A stretch of DNA of 64,000 nt from Octopus sinensis (GCF_006345805.1 NC_043010.1:39184001-39248000), one strand, 5' to 3'; positions 12,182 to 25,698 are shown, numbered from the stretch's first letter. A program made the numbers and translations. The notes: generated from the sequence alone by a model not told the origin.

Positions 12182-12575
12182 CGTCTCTATTTATCTCTCT
12201 ATTTCTGTGTATGTATATCGTAGTCTGTCTTTCTGTTTCTCTCAATCCCTGTCTTTTCTCCACATTGCGTGGGTGTGTGTATATATCTATGTGTATGTAA
12301 GCTTGTATATAAGTAAATCTTTGCGTGTATGGGTGCGTTTTGTTGCTCTGAATATCGAAAATTATCATAAGGTATTCAGCAACCAATTTTCTTTATCATA
12401 CCACAAAAATATTAGATCGGCCGCAATATTTCGCATTCAGCAAGCATGCACAACAAAATTCTCTATTAAATATATTTATGTTAGTTTTTTTTTTTTTTAC
12501 TATAGAACCCAGTTTCTTGTAGGATATTATATATTAACAATGATGATATCAAATTATTGTTTTCCATTCTGTCAG

Positions 12576-12622
12576 ATTCGTATCTCGATGCGTTTTATAG
12601 AATAAGGCATCACTGTGTTTAG
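12576..12622 (+). CDS. Candidate terminal exon (..SYLDAFYRIRHHCV*), unverified
   Basis: Strong acceptor ttgttttccattctgtcag|; AATAAA at about 12690. Confidence 0.2.
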
Positions 12623-12927
12623 GAGAGAATAACGCTCAATTACTGTTGTCTTCTTTATCGAAACTGGCTGACGAATGACGTTTTGTTTGAATAAACACGA
12701 CTTCTTCCACTGTGTCATCGATATGTTTTCATATTTGTTTTATATAACATCTTATTGTATATACGTATTTGTTCGTTTCTTGTCTATCAGACTCTCTGTC
12801 GTCTCAACATTGAATATTCTACATTATTGGTGAATATATATCAAACGATTTGTTGTTTTGTGTTTAGAATAGATCATTCGGGATGAATTTCGTTCGACAC
12901 ATTCTTATCTATACGTACAGATGTACT

Positions 12928-14113
12928 TACGTGGAGGTACCAAAAAGAAACCGGAATTTTGCAATATTATTTTCTTCGCCTAGTTTTACATGTTTACGCT
13001 TTTATCGCCTTCAAAGTACTCTCCATTTGAAGCAATGCATCGGACCAGACGTGATTTGCAGTCTTCGAAGCAGTCCTGGAACTCTTACGAAGTAATGCAT
13101 TTTAATGACTCCGTAGCTGTTATTATTCTCTCCTATATATGCAAAACTGGCGGCGAGCTGGCAGAAACATTAGCACGCCGGGCGAAATGCGTAGCCGTAT
13201 TTCGTCTGTCGTTACGTTCCGAGTTCAAATTCAGCCAAGGTCGACTTTGCCTTTCATCCTTTAGGGGTCGATAAATTAAGTACCAGTTACGCACTGGGGT
13301 CGATGTAATCGGCTTAATCCGTTTGTCTGTCCTTGTTTGTCCCCTCTGTGTTTAACCCCTTGTGGGTAGTAAAGAAATATATATCTGCAAAACTTTTTCC
13401 TTTAAGAACAATTTTCATTCGGGATAACAATAAAAGTCTCAGGGACGAAGATCAATTTCCAGTTGTTCTTTCAGTTCACGACACGCATTCAGTCGTGACT
13501 ACTTTTGATCTTCCGTGAGCAAGCGAGGCACACATTTTGCTGCAATAACTCTGTTTATTCGCAATTCCTCACAAAATATTCGTTGGCTGGAGCTCCCGGA
13601 CACACCATTCATATCAACAAGTTCGCAAATTGTTCGGCGACGACCCTCCAAGATCATTTTTATTAATTTTCGTGACAGCCCTCCAAGTTCATTTCATGAA
13701 TTTTTGTAATATTTTCATTCGTTCGGAGGTTCGCCGGTTGGCCTGAATGAGGTTGTTCATCAAGTGATGAATGAAAATTCCTAAAGCATGGAAACCACTC
13801 GTAAATTTGTGTCGTGTTCATGGCAGCGTCCTTGTAAGCTGTTTGAAGCATGGCAACTGTTTTGACCGCTGTTTTCCCCAATAGGAAACAAAATATCACG
13901 GAAGTACGCTGTTCTTTCGTATCAACCATCCCCAAAATCGACAGACATGGGAGAAGCACTGCAAAAATGCACCACGTGGCAGTACGACTACAGTAGACGA
14001 CACCGGTCGGAATATTGATGCCTGAAGGTTGCCCGCCTCAATGTATTTCTAGCATCGGACGCCTGAACTGCAACGGGTTTATCTACAGAGAACGTTTTGG
14101 GTACTGCCTCGTA
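12928..14113 (-). mobile_element. Mariner element, internally deleted, interrupted by a SINE
   Basis: N-terminus MVDTKEQRTSVIFCFLLGKTAVKTVAMLQTAYKDAAM..QIYEWF (13663-13959); C-terminus FQDCFEDCKSRLVRCIASNGEYFEGD near 13.0-13.1 kb; TA-flanked imperfect TIRs tacgtggaggtaccaaaaa / tacgaggcagtacccaaaa. Confidence 0.88.
13149..13379 (+). mobile_element. SINE family B inserted into the mariner, with TSD
   Basis: Full B consensus; atatatgcaaaact before and atatatctgcaaaact after. Confidence 0.93.
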
Positions 14114-14137
14114 GATGCATACATACATGCAAACACA

Positions 14138-15233
14138 CACAGACACAGATGTAGATAGGATCCCCATAAGACATCGTCTTAGTCTTATTTTCATTTGGAA
14201 AGGTTTATATATTTTATTAGTGGACATATCTATGTTTCAGGTTCTATATGTGACTGCTTATCCATGCCGCATACAAAAGAAGGCTTGGAACTCTCCAAAT
14301 TTCAAAGAGGCTGTACTCTGAATCAATCCGAATGTGGGTCTAGTCAGAGTAAAATCGCAGAAAACATTTGGTTCCCACTTTCTACAGTTAATAGAGACAT
14401 TGTGCAATGCATCAGGGAGGGTAAGGAGTCCACATTACCTCATCAAGGTCGACTAGAGCCTTCTGATAGGAATCTTCGGTTTAAGTGAAGTGTGGAGCGT
14501 AATCCTCGTTGTAAGGCTTCTGATATAGCAGAACAAGTTGATGTCAATCCTACAACAGCTGTCAGGTATCTTCAGAAACTTGGCTACTAAAGCAGGGCAG
14601 CAAAGAGGAGGCCAATTCTTTGACCAGCCGATATCAAGTAGAGAAACGATTGGACCAATAAGGTAGTGGACAGACCTATTACTGGGACACTGTCATATTC
14701 TCTGCTGAGTCCAAATTTGCAGCATTTTCTGACAGTGATCGAGTGTGGATCTGGTGGAGTGTGAGGGAAATAGAAACTCAGATAAATAGGTATCCATATT
14801 GTAGAAAGGACACCTACCAATCTTCTCCAGTGATGAAATGCTTAAAGAAAACTCTTTATTTATGGATGATCGAGCTCCTTGTCACACAGCTAAAAAGAGC
14901 CAAGATTAGTGGGAAGAGAATGAGATTCAAAAGCTTCTATGGTCAAGCTATTAGCCAGACATGAATCCTATTGGACACCTGATTCATAATGAACAGAACG
15001 CTTTATAAATTGAACAAGAAAGCATCTTAAAAACCAGATCTCTCGAAATTACTGCATGAAACTTCAGCAGCATGTCTAACAGAATCCTTGCATTGAAAAA
15101 TGTAAAGGAAGAATCTACTAAATATTAGATATTCACATTATATTAAATTAATAAATAATTTAAATTTATAATTTCAGATTTAAATTAATTTTAACGACTA
15201 TAGGGTTATTTATTTACTTCTGTCATGTCTGTG
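14138..15233 (+). mobile_element. Tc1-family transposon relic (DD34E type)
   Basis: MPHTKEGLELSKFQRG..SQSKIAENI..PLSTVNR (HTH), VIFSAESKF, FMDDRAPCHTAK, WSSY*PDMNPIGHL; weak TIR candidates cacagacacagatgtagatag / cttctgtcatgtctgtg-ta. Confidence 0.88.
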
Positions 15234-15419
15234 TATATATACATACACACAGATGTGTGAATGCCTGTGTAGTGTCTGTTGATGCGTGTGTATGTGTGTG
15301 CGCGTGTGTGTGTCTGTTAATGTATGCATTTATACTTATATATTTATCGGAAAAATTGTTAAATAAGTTTGTCACTTTTTTAACTCACATTTTACCTCAA
15401 CAAAAATTGTGTATATATG

Positions 15420-15614
15420 TATGCGTATATCCACACACATACACACACACGCACACACACACACATATTATATATATTTATATACACACACGCATACTTA
15501 TTATATATATTTATATACACACACACGCATGCATACACACATATTATATATATTTATATACACACACGCATACATATTATATATATCTATACACACACAC
15601 ACATGCATACACAC

Positions 15615-15689
<75 letters not shown>

Positions 15690-15690
15690 T
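15420..15690. repeat. Compound minisatellite (acacacacgcatacatattatatatatttatat-like units) plus (TA)n
   Basis: About four approximately 33-bp units, then a long (TA)n. Confidence 0.9.
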
Positions 15691-16180
15691 ATACGAGTAT
15701 GTGTGCGAAGTATATTTATCTTCTAAGTTAATAGTCTTTAATCTCCAGTGGTCATAGACTTCGTCAACAATATACAATGAATACACGTTTAATTAATTTT
15801 ATAAAAGTAACAAGACCAACACTAAATTAGAGATAACTACGGTTAGTAACACTGATTAAATGTTTAATTAGTTTCAACATTTGTCTTTTGAAGCAGATCT
15901 AATTCTGGTTACTCAAAAATGATTAAGATATCAACAAAACAATATGAAAAACTACAAAAGCAAATAAACAAAGAAATAACACAAAGTATTATTATGTGAG
16001 CAAAATCAGAATGGAAAACAAGGTGCCAATACCACATAATATGAACAAGAATCCTAGATAGAACAAGTAAACTGAAATTAACAAGATGTAATTAGTAGCA
16101 AGAACTTAAAAGATAAATCGACATTATTCTCGCGTAGGTGTCAATATGTTTTCAATGTCAGTTATCTTCCATACATCGAA

Positions 16181-16672
16181 ATCTCTGGGACGGCATCTGC
16201 CTTGATTGAAAGTAAAAAAAAAAAACAAAGGACTTACTTTAAGCTAAGAAACTTCCAACAACACTCAGTGATAAAAAGATTAAAGATTTCGTTTAATTGA
16301 AAATAATATATAAACCCGTTTCTCAGGGACGGCATATGCCGTGATTGAAAGTAAAAATATTAACATATATCTGTGTTGACATCCTTAAAATTGGTATCTT
16401 TTTGCCTAGTGATGAAAATGATATAGTGAGTCAACTTACTTGACGTATTTGCTGCTACATAGCCATCAATCGTACCACGTTAAAAACAAGGATTGAACCG
16501 TTATATAATGTATATTACAGTGTACAAAGATACAGTATGCTCATTCCCAGAAGGTTCTTGATCATAGGTGTTCTTTGTTAGGGCTTACCCTAAGATAAGA
16601 AACTTCCAACAACACTCTGTGTTAAAAAGATTAAATATTTCGTTTCATTGAAAATAATATATAGACCCCTTC
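16181..16672. repeat. Local interleaved duplication A-B-A-C-B
   Basis: A: 16181-16217 similar to 16321-16357 (tctc.gggacggcat.tgcc.tgattgaaagtaaaaa); B: 16233-16323 similar to 16584-16672. Confidence 0.9.
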
Positions 16673-18029
16673 TGAATGATTTCTTTGACAATATAATTAA
16701 TATTGCAACATTTGAAAGGAATTCCTGTACTATAGAGATGAAATTAAGTATCCCTTCAATCCCATAAAATAAGGAACTACTGTGAAGTATGTTTGCTCCG
16801 AAAGGCAAAGGAAACTGTAAAATTTTAATATATGGATATATGAATAATTCCGGTTTACTAAATCTATAAAAGAAAAGAAAAGAAACGCTTCTTGCTTGGA
16901 AGTCTCCCCGTTAACAGCAATACCAGAAATATGAATCAATTATGCCGAAGATACTTCTGCTACGTTTTGCTAACTTATTTCTTAATCCCACTTCAAAGAA
17001 GAAATGTGTGTAACTTTTGATGTTTTCAAATTAATTAGAAGCTGACGTAAGCCCTTTTAAGCCTCGTTGGATGAAACGAAATAACAGCCTTCAACGCTAG
17101 CTGAGAACAAAGAGTCTGAAAATTTGAGAACCAGATAATATTCTTTGCTTCGCTTGCTTAAAGAACACTATGGAAATTCATTCAGCTTTGAAACATTCAC
17201 TAACGTAATATTACTGTTCCACCAATTTACGTATCGTTGCTTTATATTGCATTGCAATTCATTTCTTGTCAATGAATTATACTTCGTATAAATTAAATCA
17301 TAATTTAATTTCTGCTACAATCACTTTCAGATTCCACGAAGAAAAGCGTTGCACCCCAAATTATGTGTGCCATATCCGGAACATTTTCAGTACGAGGATC
17401 ACAGAGAATCAACTTACTGTGGACTCTATTGAGGCCCTCTATTGAGTATTCACACAAATAGCCCAAGAATAATTTTATGAATGCGTGATCATCGCTTTTG
17501 AATTGTTGCCATATTGTAGGAAATAGTTCAGTTTGCATAGAGAGAAAGTTTTAGTGAGACGTACCGAGGAGAAAAAATGCGATAGGCAGAACAAAAGAAC
17601 TGCAACACAATTGTCTTTTCAGCAATGTTTTCATACACATATCATTGTGCCAGCATATATATTTGCATAATTGAAATATATTCATATCTTTGATGTTAAC
17701 AAATGGTCATATATTATGTGTGTGTGTGTGTGCGTGTGTGTGCGTGTGTGTGCATGTGTGTGTGCGTGTGTGTGTCGTGCGTGTGTGTGTTTACAAAGAT
17801 ACATGCATCTTGGAAACACGCTCATACGTAGATACATATATAACAGGAATATTTCTTATATATATATATTTGTATATGTATTTATATATATGTGTGTGTG
17901 TGTGAGAGAGTGTGTGTGCGTGTGTGTGTGCGCAAATCACCAAACTGGAACACGTGCGCAGCAGACGACAATAAAACATCCGATATGAAGATAAACAGGA
18001 CAATATATATATATGTATATATATATATA

Positions 18030-18075
<46 letters not shown>

Positions 18076-18165
18076 CGATATTAGATATGTACATATATAT
18101 ATATACACAAGGGTACTACATGAGGACCTATAAAGCTAAAAAAAACTAGAAGTCGAAAAATATAT

Positions 18166-18609
18166 CTCTTTCTTTACTCTCTTTACTCTCTTACATGTTT
18201 CAGTCATTTGACTGTGACCATGCTGGAGCACCGCCTTTAGTCGAGCAAATCGACCCCTGGACTTATTCTTTGTAAGCCCAGTACTTATTCTATCGGTCTC
18301 TTTTGCCGAACCGCTAAGTGACGGAGACGTAAACACACCAGCATCGGTTGTCAAGCAATGCTAGGGGGACAAACACAGACACACAAACATATACACACAC
18401 ACTTATATATATATACATATATACGACAGGCTTCTTTCAGTTTCCGTCTACCAAATCCACTCACAAGGCATTGGTCGGCCCGGGGCTATAGCAGAATACA
18501 CTTGCCGAACCACTAGGTTACGGGGACGTAAACACACCAGCATCAGTTATCAGGCGATGTTGGGGGCACAAACACAGACACACAAATATATACATACATA
18601 CATACATAC

Positions 18610-18653
<44 letters not shown>

Positions 18654-18822
18654 TATACGACGGGCTTCTTTCAGTTCCCGTCTTGCAATTCCACTCAGAA
18701 GGCTTTGGTCGGCCCGGGACTATAGGAGAAGACACTTGCCTAAGATGCCACGCAGTGGGACTGAACCCGGAACCATGTGGTTGGTTAGCAAGCTACTTAC
18801 CACACAGCCACTCCTGCGCCTA
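18166..18822 (-). mobile_element. Chimeric SINE A with internal duplication
   Basis: At about 18505 the head-proximal acacttgcc is joined to the tail-side gaacc.cta.gttacgggg, so the central block occurs twice. Confidence 0.88.
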
Positions 18823-19264
18823 TATATATGTACATATCTAATATTGTATGTGTATATGTTATTAATTTGCGTGTACGGCTGATAATTCGCTTAGCACTCG
18901 TGATGGTATTTTAATAATATGATCTCTATATAATTATATATATATATCCCAAGCTACCATACAACACATCACATCATAACACACCACCACGCACACATCA
19001 GCATTAACCACCTCCCAGACCCACATTTTCACATCTACACATACACACCCGCACATGTCAAAACACCAGCCCATCCCACACACACATTAAAATTCTCTTA
19101 TACACATGCACGCGCACCTTCGTTTTGGGATAACCACCACTTTGTTATCTCCCCTTTCCCCTTCTCCCTATCTCTCCTGTGTGACCCTTCTGTCCGACCT
19201 TCACCATGATAGATCGCTTGGCACTACACATTCTTTATTTTTACTCTTCTTGTTCCTTTCTGTG

Positions 19265-19395
19265 TTCCTTTCTTTGGAAGAGCGTAGGCTCGAAACGTTA
19301 AAAACTTTTTCACTTCTCAGGCGTAAAACTAATACATCTGTTTGTTGTCTACACCACCTGTCTTCGTCTTTTGATTTTTTTTTTTGCAATTCTCC

Positions 19396-19400
<5 letters not shown>
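19265..19400 (+). ncRNA. Decayed hammerhead-bearing repeat (family E; related copies at 40.75 and 61.8 kb)
   Basis: ctttggaa-gagc(gtag)gctc-GAAAC-GTT, then a tail shared with the 40.75 kb copy (actaataca..tgtttgtt..ccacctg.cttcgtcttttg). Confidence 0.55.
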
Positions 19401-19444
<44 letters not shown>

Positions 19445-20178
19445 ATGTACACAGTGGCACACATACAAACTCGCGCACATAGGTATAATTAGCATTAAAT
19501 AACAAAATGTGTCCCGTATGTTTACTTGCTATCTATTTCATTTGGTGCTGCGCAAGTAATGTGTCGTTTGTAATACTTTCCGTCTTTAAAATGTAATCTT
19601 ACGAAGTAAGTAGGCAGAGAACTACCGAATTATAGGATCGATAGTTCAACATTCCTAGAAAGGTTATCTAGTTTGGTTTAGCATCTCAGTATGATAATAG
19701 AATGTAGGTAAATAAACTGAATTCTCTGGCGCATTCTGACTCCCTTAGATTTAAAGACTACATCTTACTTATGTAAATTCGAAGTACAGGTTCTCTTGGC
19801 ATCCAACACGGCAATACGTCAAAGGCCCACAAGGCTTCTGACCCGTTTGTCCTCCGCCTACGTTAACCTAGTGGAAAACAAACAACTTCTGTCAGAAATA
19901 TGCGTTCCTGACATTTCCATATTCGAACCAAGTTCGTGGTATATAAATATACATATGTACATTTATATATAAATGTGTACGTTTAATTATGTACACATAT
20001 ATGTGTATGTGTGTTTATAAATTTTGTCTAGAACAATTCAAAGGAAAAATAATTTTCACGGGCATATAAATGTAACACCTTCGATTTGAAATCGGTAGAA
20101 CTAACGTACAAAACTCTCAGCATTTTTGTGGCGTATTCTCTAACTTTCTGACTAATAATAATAATAATAATAATAATA

Positions 20179-20215
<37 letters not shown>

Positions 20216-20544
20216 TTGTGATGCACTACCAGGTAGTATCTCACTTGGCTTCTGATCCTAACTGATGAAATATGTTAATATATACATGCATTGTTTTAGT
20301 GTAAAAGATGGCCTACAGCCAATATTCAGCTCAATACCGCAGATATACTTGTCAGTCGCGTGAGCTTAACCAGTTTTGCATGTCCCTAAGTGGCTGACGA
20401 TGTGCGCATCTCTGATCACTGGCAGAATTAGCAGGGGAACATCATAACCAAGTGTTGAGAGGAATTCTTTGGAGTTTAAATAATTCACCTCTTCTAAATT
20501 ATTTTTATATTAATAAAACCTATTCTAAATCCATTTGAAATTCA

Positions 20545-20684
20545 GTTATCCAGGGTATCCGAGTCGGAATATGACCATTTTCAAGCTGGAAACTTCCAGA
20601 TGATTGATTAGCAAATCTATGTGAAGTAAGGCTTGAGAAATAGCGAAATAATTTTAATATTCCGGCCAAGATAACCTGGATAGC
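20545..20684. mobile_element. 140-bp MITE-like element with imperfect 28-bp terminal inverted repeats
   Basis: gttatccagggtatccgagtcggaatat versus atattccggccaagataacctggatagc. Confidence 0.5.
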
Positions 20685-21340
20685 CGAACTCCACATCGTT
20701 TTCGAATGTTTTTTTCTTTTTATTGATATCTTTACCGTCTTAAATGATCGAGTGCCCTAGTACTTGTTGAACCTCATACTACACAGCAACACACACACAC
20801 ACCACACACACACAACACACACACACACACACACAAGCATGCATACACATGCATATATATTCGCATATATATTCGGTAAGGAATGAAAACGATCTTAAAG
20901 TAGACTAGACATAAATGATCATAGTAATTGCCAATGTACCCAATGAACCTTAACCTCCTCCCATATGCATTGTGTCATTTCCTATGTATGAAGCTGTATT
21001 CCTCATCCACCGACAAGATAATGAAACAAAAATAAATATCCTCAGAGTTATTATATATTTTGCGTACTTATTGCTGATAGATGTGTATTTTGGCTCTGCC
21101 ATATTGTTTAATTTCCTTTCTGCTTTAGAGTCCAATATTAATCGGAAATGGTTTTGATTATAATATCGTCATAAATATAGCTTTAGTTAACAGTATATGC
21201 TATAGTAATGACTAACAACGGAACACGAAACCACTTTGCTGGTAATGATGCAAAGCATTATTTGCGAATGAATGTAAAAAGCTAACTTCTTCATAATTTC
21301 GTCAGAGCAAACTTGTTTACGGTATGATTTTGTTCATTAA

Positions 21341-21573
21341 GGCGGAGAGGTAGCTCAAACGTTAGCACGCCGGGCGAAATGCTTAGCGGTATTTCGTCTG
21401 CCGTTACGTTCTGAGTTCAAATTCCGCCGCAGTCGACTTTGCGTTTCATCCTCTCGGGGTCGATTAAATAAGTACCAGTTACGCACTGGGGTCGATATAT
21501 TCGACTTAATCCGTTTGTCTGTCATTGTTTGTCCTCTCTGTGTTTAGCCCCTTGTGGGTAGTAAAGAAATAGG
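21341..21573 (+). mobile_element. SINE family B with 15-bp TSD
   Basis: ggtatgattttgttc at 21321-21335 and 21572-21586. Confidence 0.93.
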
Positions 21574-21586
21574 TATGATTTTGTTC

Positions 21587-21986
21587 TTTTATTTCTTTTA
21601 CTTGTTTCAGTTATTTGACTGCGGCCATGCTGGAGCACCGCCATTTTAATCGACCGCAGGAGTTACTCTATGTAAGGCTAGTACTTATTCAATCGGTTAT
21701 CTTTTGCCGAACCGCTAACTTACGGCGACGTAAACACATCAACATTGGTTGTCAAGTGATGGTTGGGGGACAAACACAGACACACAAAACATACACACAT
21801 ACACACACACACGCGCACACACATATATACGATGGGCTTCTTTCAGGTTCCCTCTACCAAATCCACTCACAATGCTTTGGTCGGCCCAAGATTTAAGTAG
21901 AAAATACTTGCCCAAATTGCCACGCAGTAAGACGGAACCCAGAGCCATATGGTTGGTAAGCAAGCACTTACCACACAGCAACTCCT
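21587..21986 (-). mobile_element. SINE family A, tail-to-tail with the preceding SINE B
   Basis: Reverse complement of family A, including the internal (CA)n. Confidence 0.88.
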
Positions 21987-22167
21987 AACATTAATAGAAT
22001 TATGAAAATACACAACACTTCAGCATACAGACATACCAGTATTTATCAGAGGAGCATGGTGCCTTTCTATAACATGATAGTTATCATCGACATAGCTTCG
22101 CTAACAACATTGCTTCCCAATCACATGGTCCCGGAATCAGTCCCCGTACGTGGCACTTTTGACTGCT

Positions 22168-22267
22168 NNNNNNNNNNNNNNNNNNNNNNNNNNNNNNNNN
22201 NNNNNNNNNNNNNNNNNNNNNNNNNNNNNNNNNNNNNNNNNNNNNNNNNNNNNNNNNNNNNNNNNNN
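22168..22267. other. Assembly gap (100 N)
   Basis: Run of n. Confidence 0.99.
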
Positions 22268-22305
22268 CATATTCATATATATATATATATATATATAAAT
22301 ACATA

Positions 22306-22539
22306 GTAAAGCCAGTCGTCACATCAAAATTGCTGTTGATTTTTACTACTAGCTTAACCCTAGGCAGATTCTGCTCCAGTTGGTTAGCGTTGCAACATTC
22401 TCCTCTCTTTATATACAATATATATATGGTATATACAGCGTGCAGAGTGTTGCGCCGATAACCTGCTGGTGGGGAATCTGCCAGAGGTTAAGCTAGTAGT
22501 AACATCCAGCAGCCATTTTGATGTCGCAACTGGCTTTAC
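22306..22539. mobile_element. Fold-back element / MITE, about 98-bp imperfect arms
   Basis: gtaaagccagt...ttactactagcttaacc.t.ggcagatt... mirrored by ...aatctgcca.aggttaagctagtagtaa...actggctttac; roughly 80% identity by eye. Confidence 0.8.
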
Positions 22540-22600
22540 CGTTTAGTATCTGTTATCACTCTATATATTCTCAAGATTTTATAACTAGCTACTTCGCTTT

Positions 22601-22663
<63 letters not shown>

Positions 22664-23459
22664 ACACACACACACACACATACACATGTATATATATAAA
22701 CATGCATATACATACATAGATATATATTTATATATATATATAATATATCCATATATATATATAAATGTATATATTGACAGACATATGTGTGTGTGTGAGT
22801 GTGTGTGTGTGAGTGTGTGTGTGTGTGTATGTATACTCACAAGGAACAGCATGTACTTCTAAATTAGGCTAATTCTGGGATTTCCATTACAATTTAAAAT
22901 TCTGTTCATGCAGAACTAATTATTTCTACAGTGGCAGTTCATTTGAATACGAACAACGTGAATGATAAATCACGTATCTAAACTGGGAAACGATACTTAG
23001 AAAAAAATATTCAGTTTGTTTAATGATAACTTACAAAATATAATAGAGTTTAGCAATGCGTTTGATCACTGTATAGGTTAGCATAATCGAAAAATTCGCT
23101 TTACATTAAATAAATATGCTATAAAGATCACAGTAAGGAATTTAAATAAACTGCCTGATGGAAACTGCAGAAAAGAAACATTAAAATGCAGATTGTGATG
23201 AAGTAATATGTGTAAATTAAATGTAGTTACAAGTGGAACAGTTTACAATATATTTATGACTAGTTTCATTTCGATGGAAAGCACATTGAAAATCTAAACA
23301 AAGTGAAAATGAGGTATCGCGTGTCTAATGTATTGTAATTTACGTGCATATATCTTATGTATATATATGTGTATATTATATATATAAACGTATATATATA
23401 CTTCTGCATGTGCATATATATGTATGTATATATATATATATATATTATATGTATATATA

Positions 23460-23513
<54 letters not shown>

Positions 23514-23734
23514 TACAAGTATATGTGTGTGCGCGTGTGCGGGACTGTGAACTTTGGATTTGCGCCATATTAAAGCATCCATATGAAGTTTGCTTCCCAG
23601 CCACATGATTCCGGTTTCAGTCCTTGCTTCAGGCAAGAGTTTTTTCCTACAGCCACGAGCCGGATTTGGTACATGGAAATTGAAAGAAGCACGTCGCATA
23701 TATTATCTATTTATCTATCTATCTATTTATCTAA

Positions 23735-23809
<75 letters not shown>

Positions 23810-23860
23810 CCTATCTATCTATTTATTTATCTATCTATCTATCTATTATTATAATATATC

Positions 23861-23896
<36 letters not shown>

Positions 23897-24582
23897 ATAT
23901 ATATATAATCTGTCTGTCTGTATCTGTGTGTCTGTGTGTCTGCGTCTTTGTGAATACGTATACGGCTTAAAAAATACGCACTGGTGTAGATTCCTTCGAA
24001 TAAATAATTCAAGGTGGTACCCAGCATGGTAACAGTCTAATGTTTGAAACAAGTAATGATTGATAAACAAAAAAGAAATGGTATTTGATATGTGAGAACA
24101 ATAATAATTATTATTATAATAATTGAATTAAAGGGTTAAGATAATTGAGTCATGCAAAACTATTTAGAATACGGAGAGTAAATTGTTCATACAAGCAAAT
24201 ATGAACACACATGCATGTGTATTTATAGCTATGAATGAATCTGTATTACCGAATCTGTAGTAAAAGGTTAGATTCGCCAGCTGGGAAAATAAATACCGGA
24301 ATACGGTAAAGTGGATAGTGTTGTAGTGCCCAAAAGACACAAAAAGTTGGTTCAGAACCGGTACAGGTGTGTCTGTGTGGTAAGAAATTTGCTTCCTTAC
24401 CACATGGTTTCTTGCTATACATATATGTATATTGTTATCATTGTTTTATTTAGAAATAAATAGACTTAATATAATGTCAGAAAGTTGATGAATACCACCT
24501 CGTGATCTCCTCCATTTTCTTATTGCTGCATATATATATATATATATATGCATGTATGTATGAATGCATGTATGTGTGATAT

Positions 24583-24669
<87 letters not shown>

Positions 24670-25652
24670 GCGTGTACATCTTTTGACGCATGCATACTCA
24701 AACAAACGTGTTCACATATGTTCCCTTCTTGGTGCTGTTTTCCATTATATATTAACACCTATATTTCTCTAATTACCAATTTTCAAAATGAATTTCTAAT
24801 TTGAAGATGTATTTCTATTTTATTTTTAAGTTTTGTGTAACTCAACAATTTAATAATACATGGCTAACTTCCCACTTCGTTTCCTTATCCACGTGCCTAT
24901 GACTGTAATTAATAACCCAGGCTAACACACACACATGCGCGCGCGGACGTATTTCTACTTATATATGTTTGTGCATTTCATACATAGACAACAGTTATTT
25001 TAGGGAAAATTTAAGAGTGACAATTGTTGAAGTATAGCTCCATAATTAAAAACAAAAAAAATGACGGTCTATTAATTCGTTAGTATTAACGTTTCGTCTA
25101 CTACAGCTGCTTCCCCTTTCCTCACGTGCTTTATAAATATCATACAGCACCTATGAAATACCAGGTGTTTTGAATGAAAAAAATATAGCTGTTCCGAATA
25201 CAGTAACAAATTAATATGTGGCACAATGACTAGTGGTTTTTTATTATTTATTCATGAACCCTTTACAGGCTCATGGGCCCGGTTTTCCAGCTTCTGTGGC
25301 GTATGTGTCCCCTGTGTCCCCTGCTATATTGTGTTTTTTCCTTACATGTCTCGAGTTCGTTGCACTGAAGAGCATAGAATGCATTTTCTGCATTGATTGC
25401 GAAATCACAGGTGATATGTAACTAAATTCTGTTTTTAAATGACTTGCTTCGAAGTTTTGCATTCGGTACAATTTGTTTATTTTAGTAGTTTTGACTGCAA
25501 GAGTCCCTCCTAGCGTGCGGTACCTATGAATAATAGTACCCTCTATATAATATAAATAAATATTTTCAAAGTGGAAACATTTACAGATTTTTTCTCTTAC
25601 GAGGTTTTTCACGCTAACTACTGATAGTTTCTTATAAAGATGTTATCTTTAA

Positions 25653-25698
<46 letters not shown>

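Noticed and set aside
12655-12685. gaaac...ctgacga as a type-II hammerhead
   Set aside because: No room for stems I and III and no UH site.
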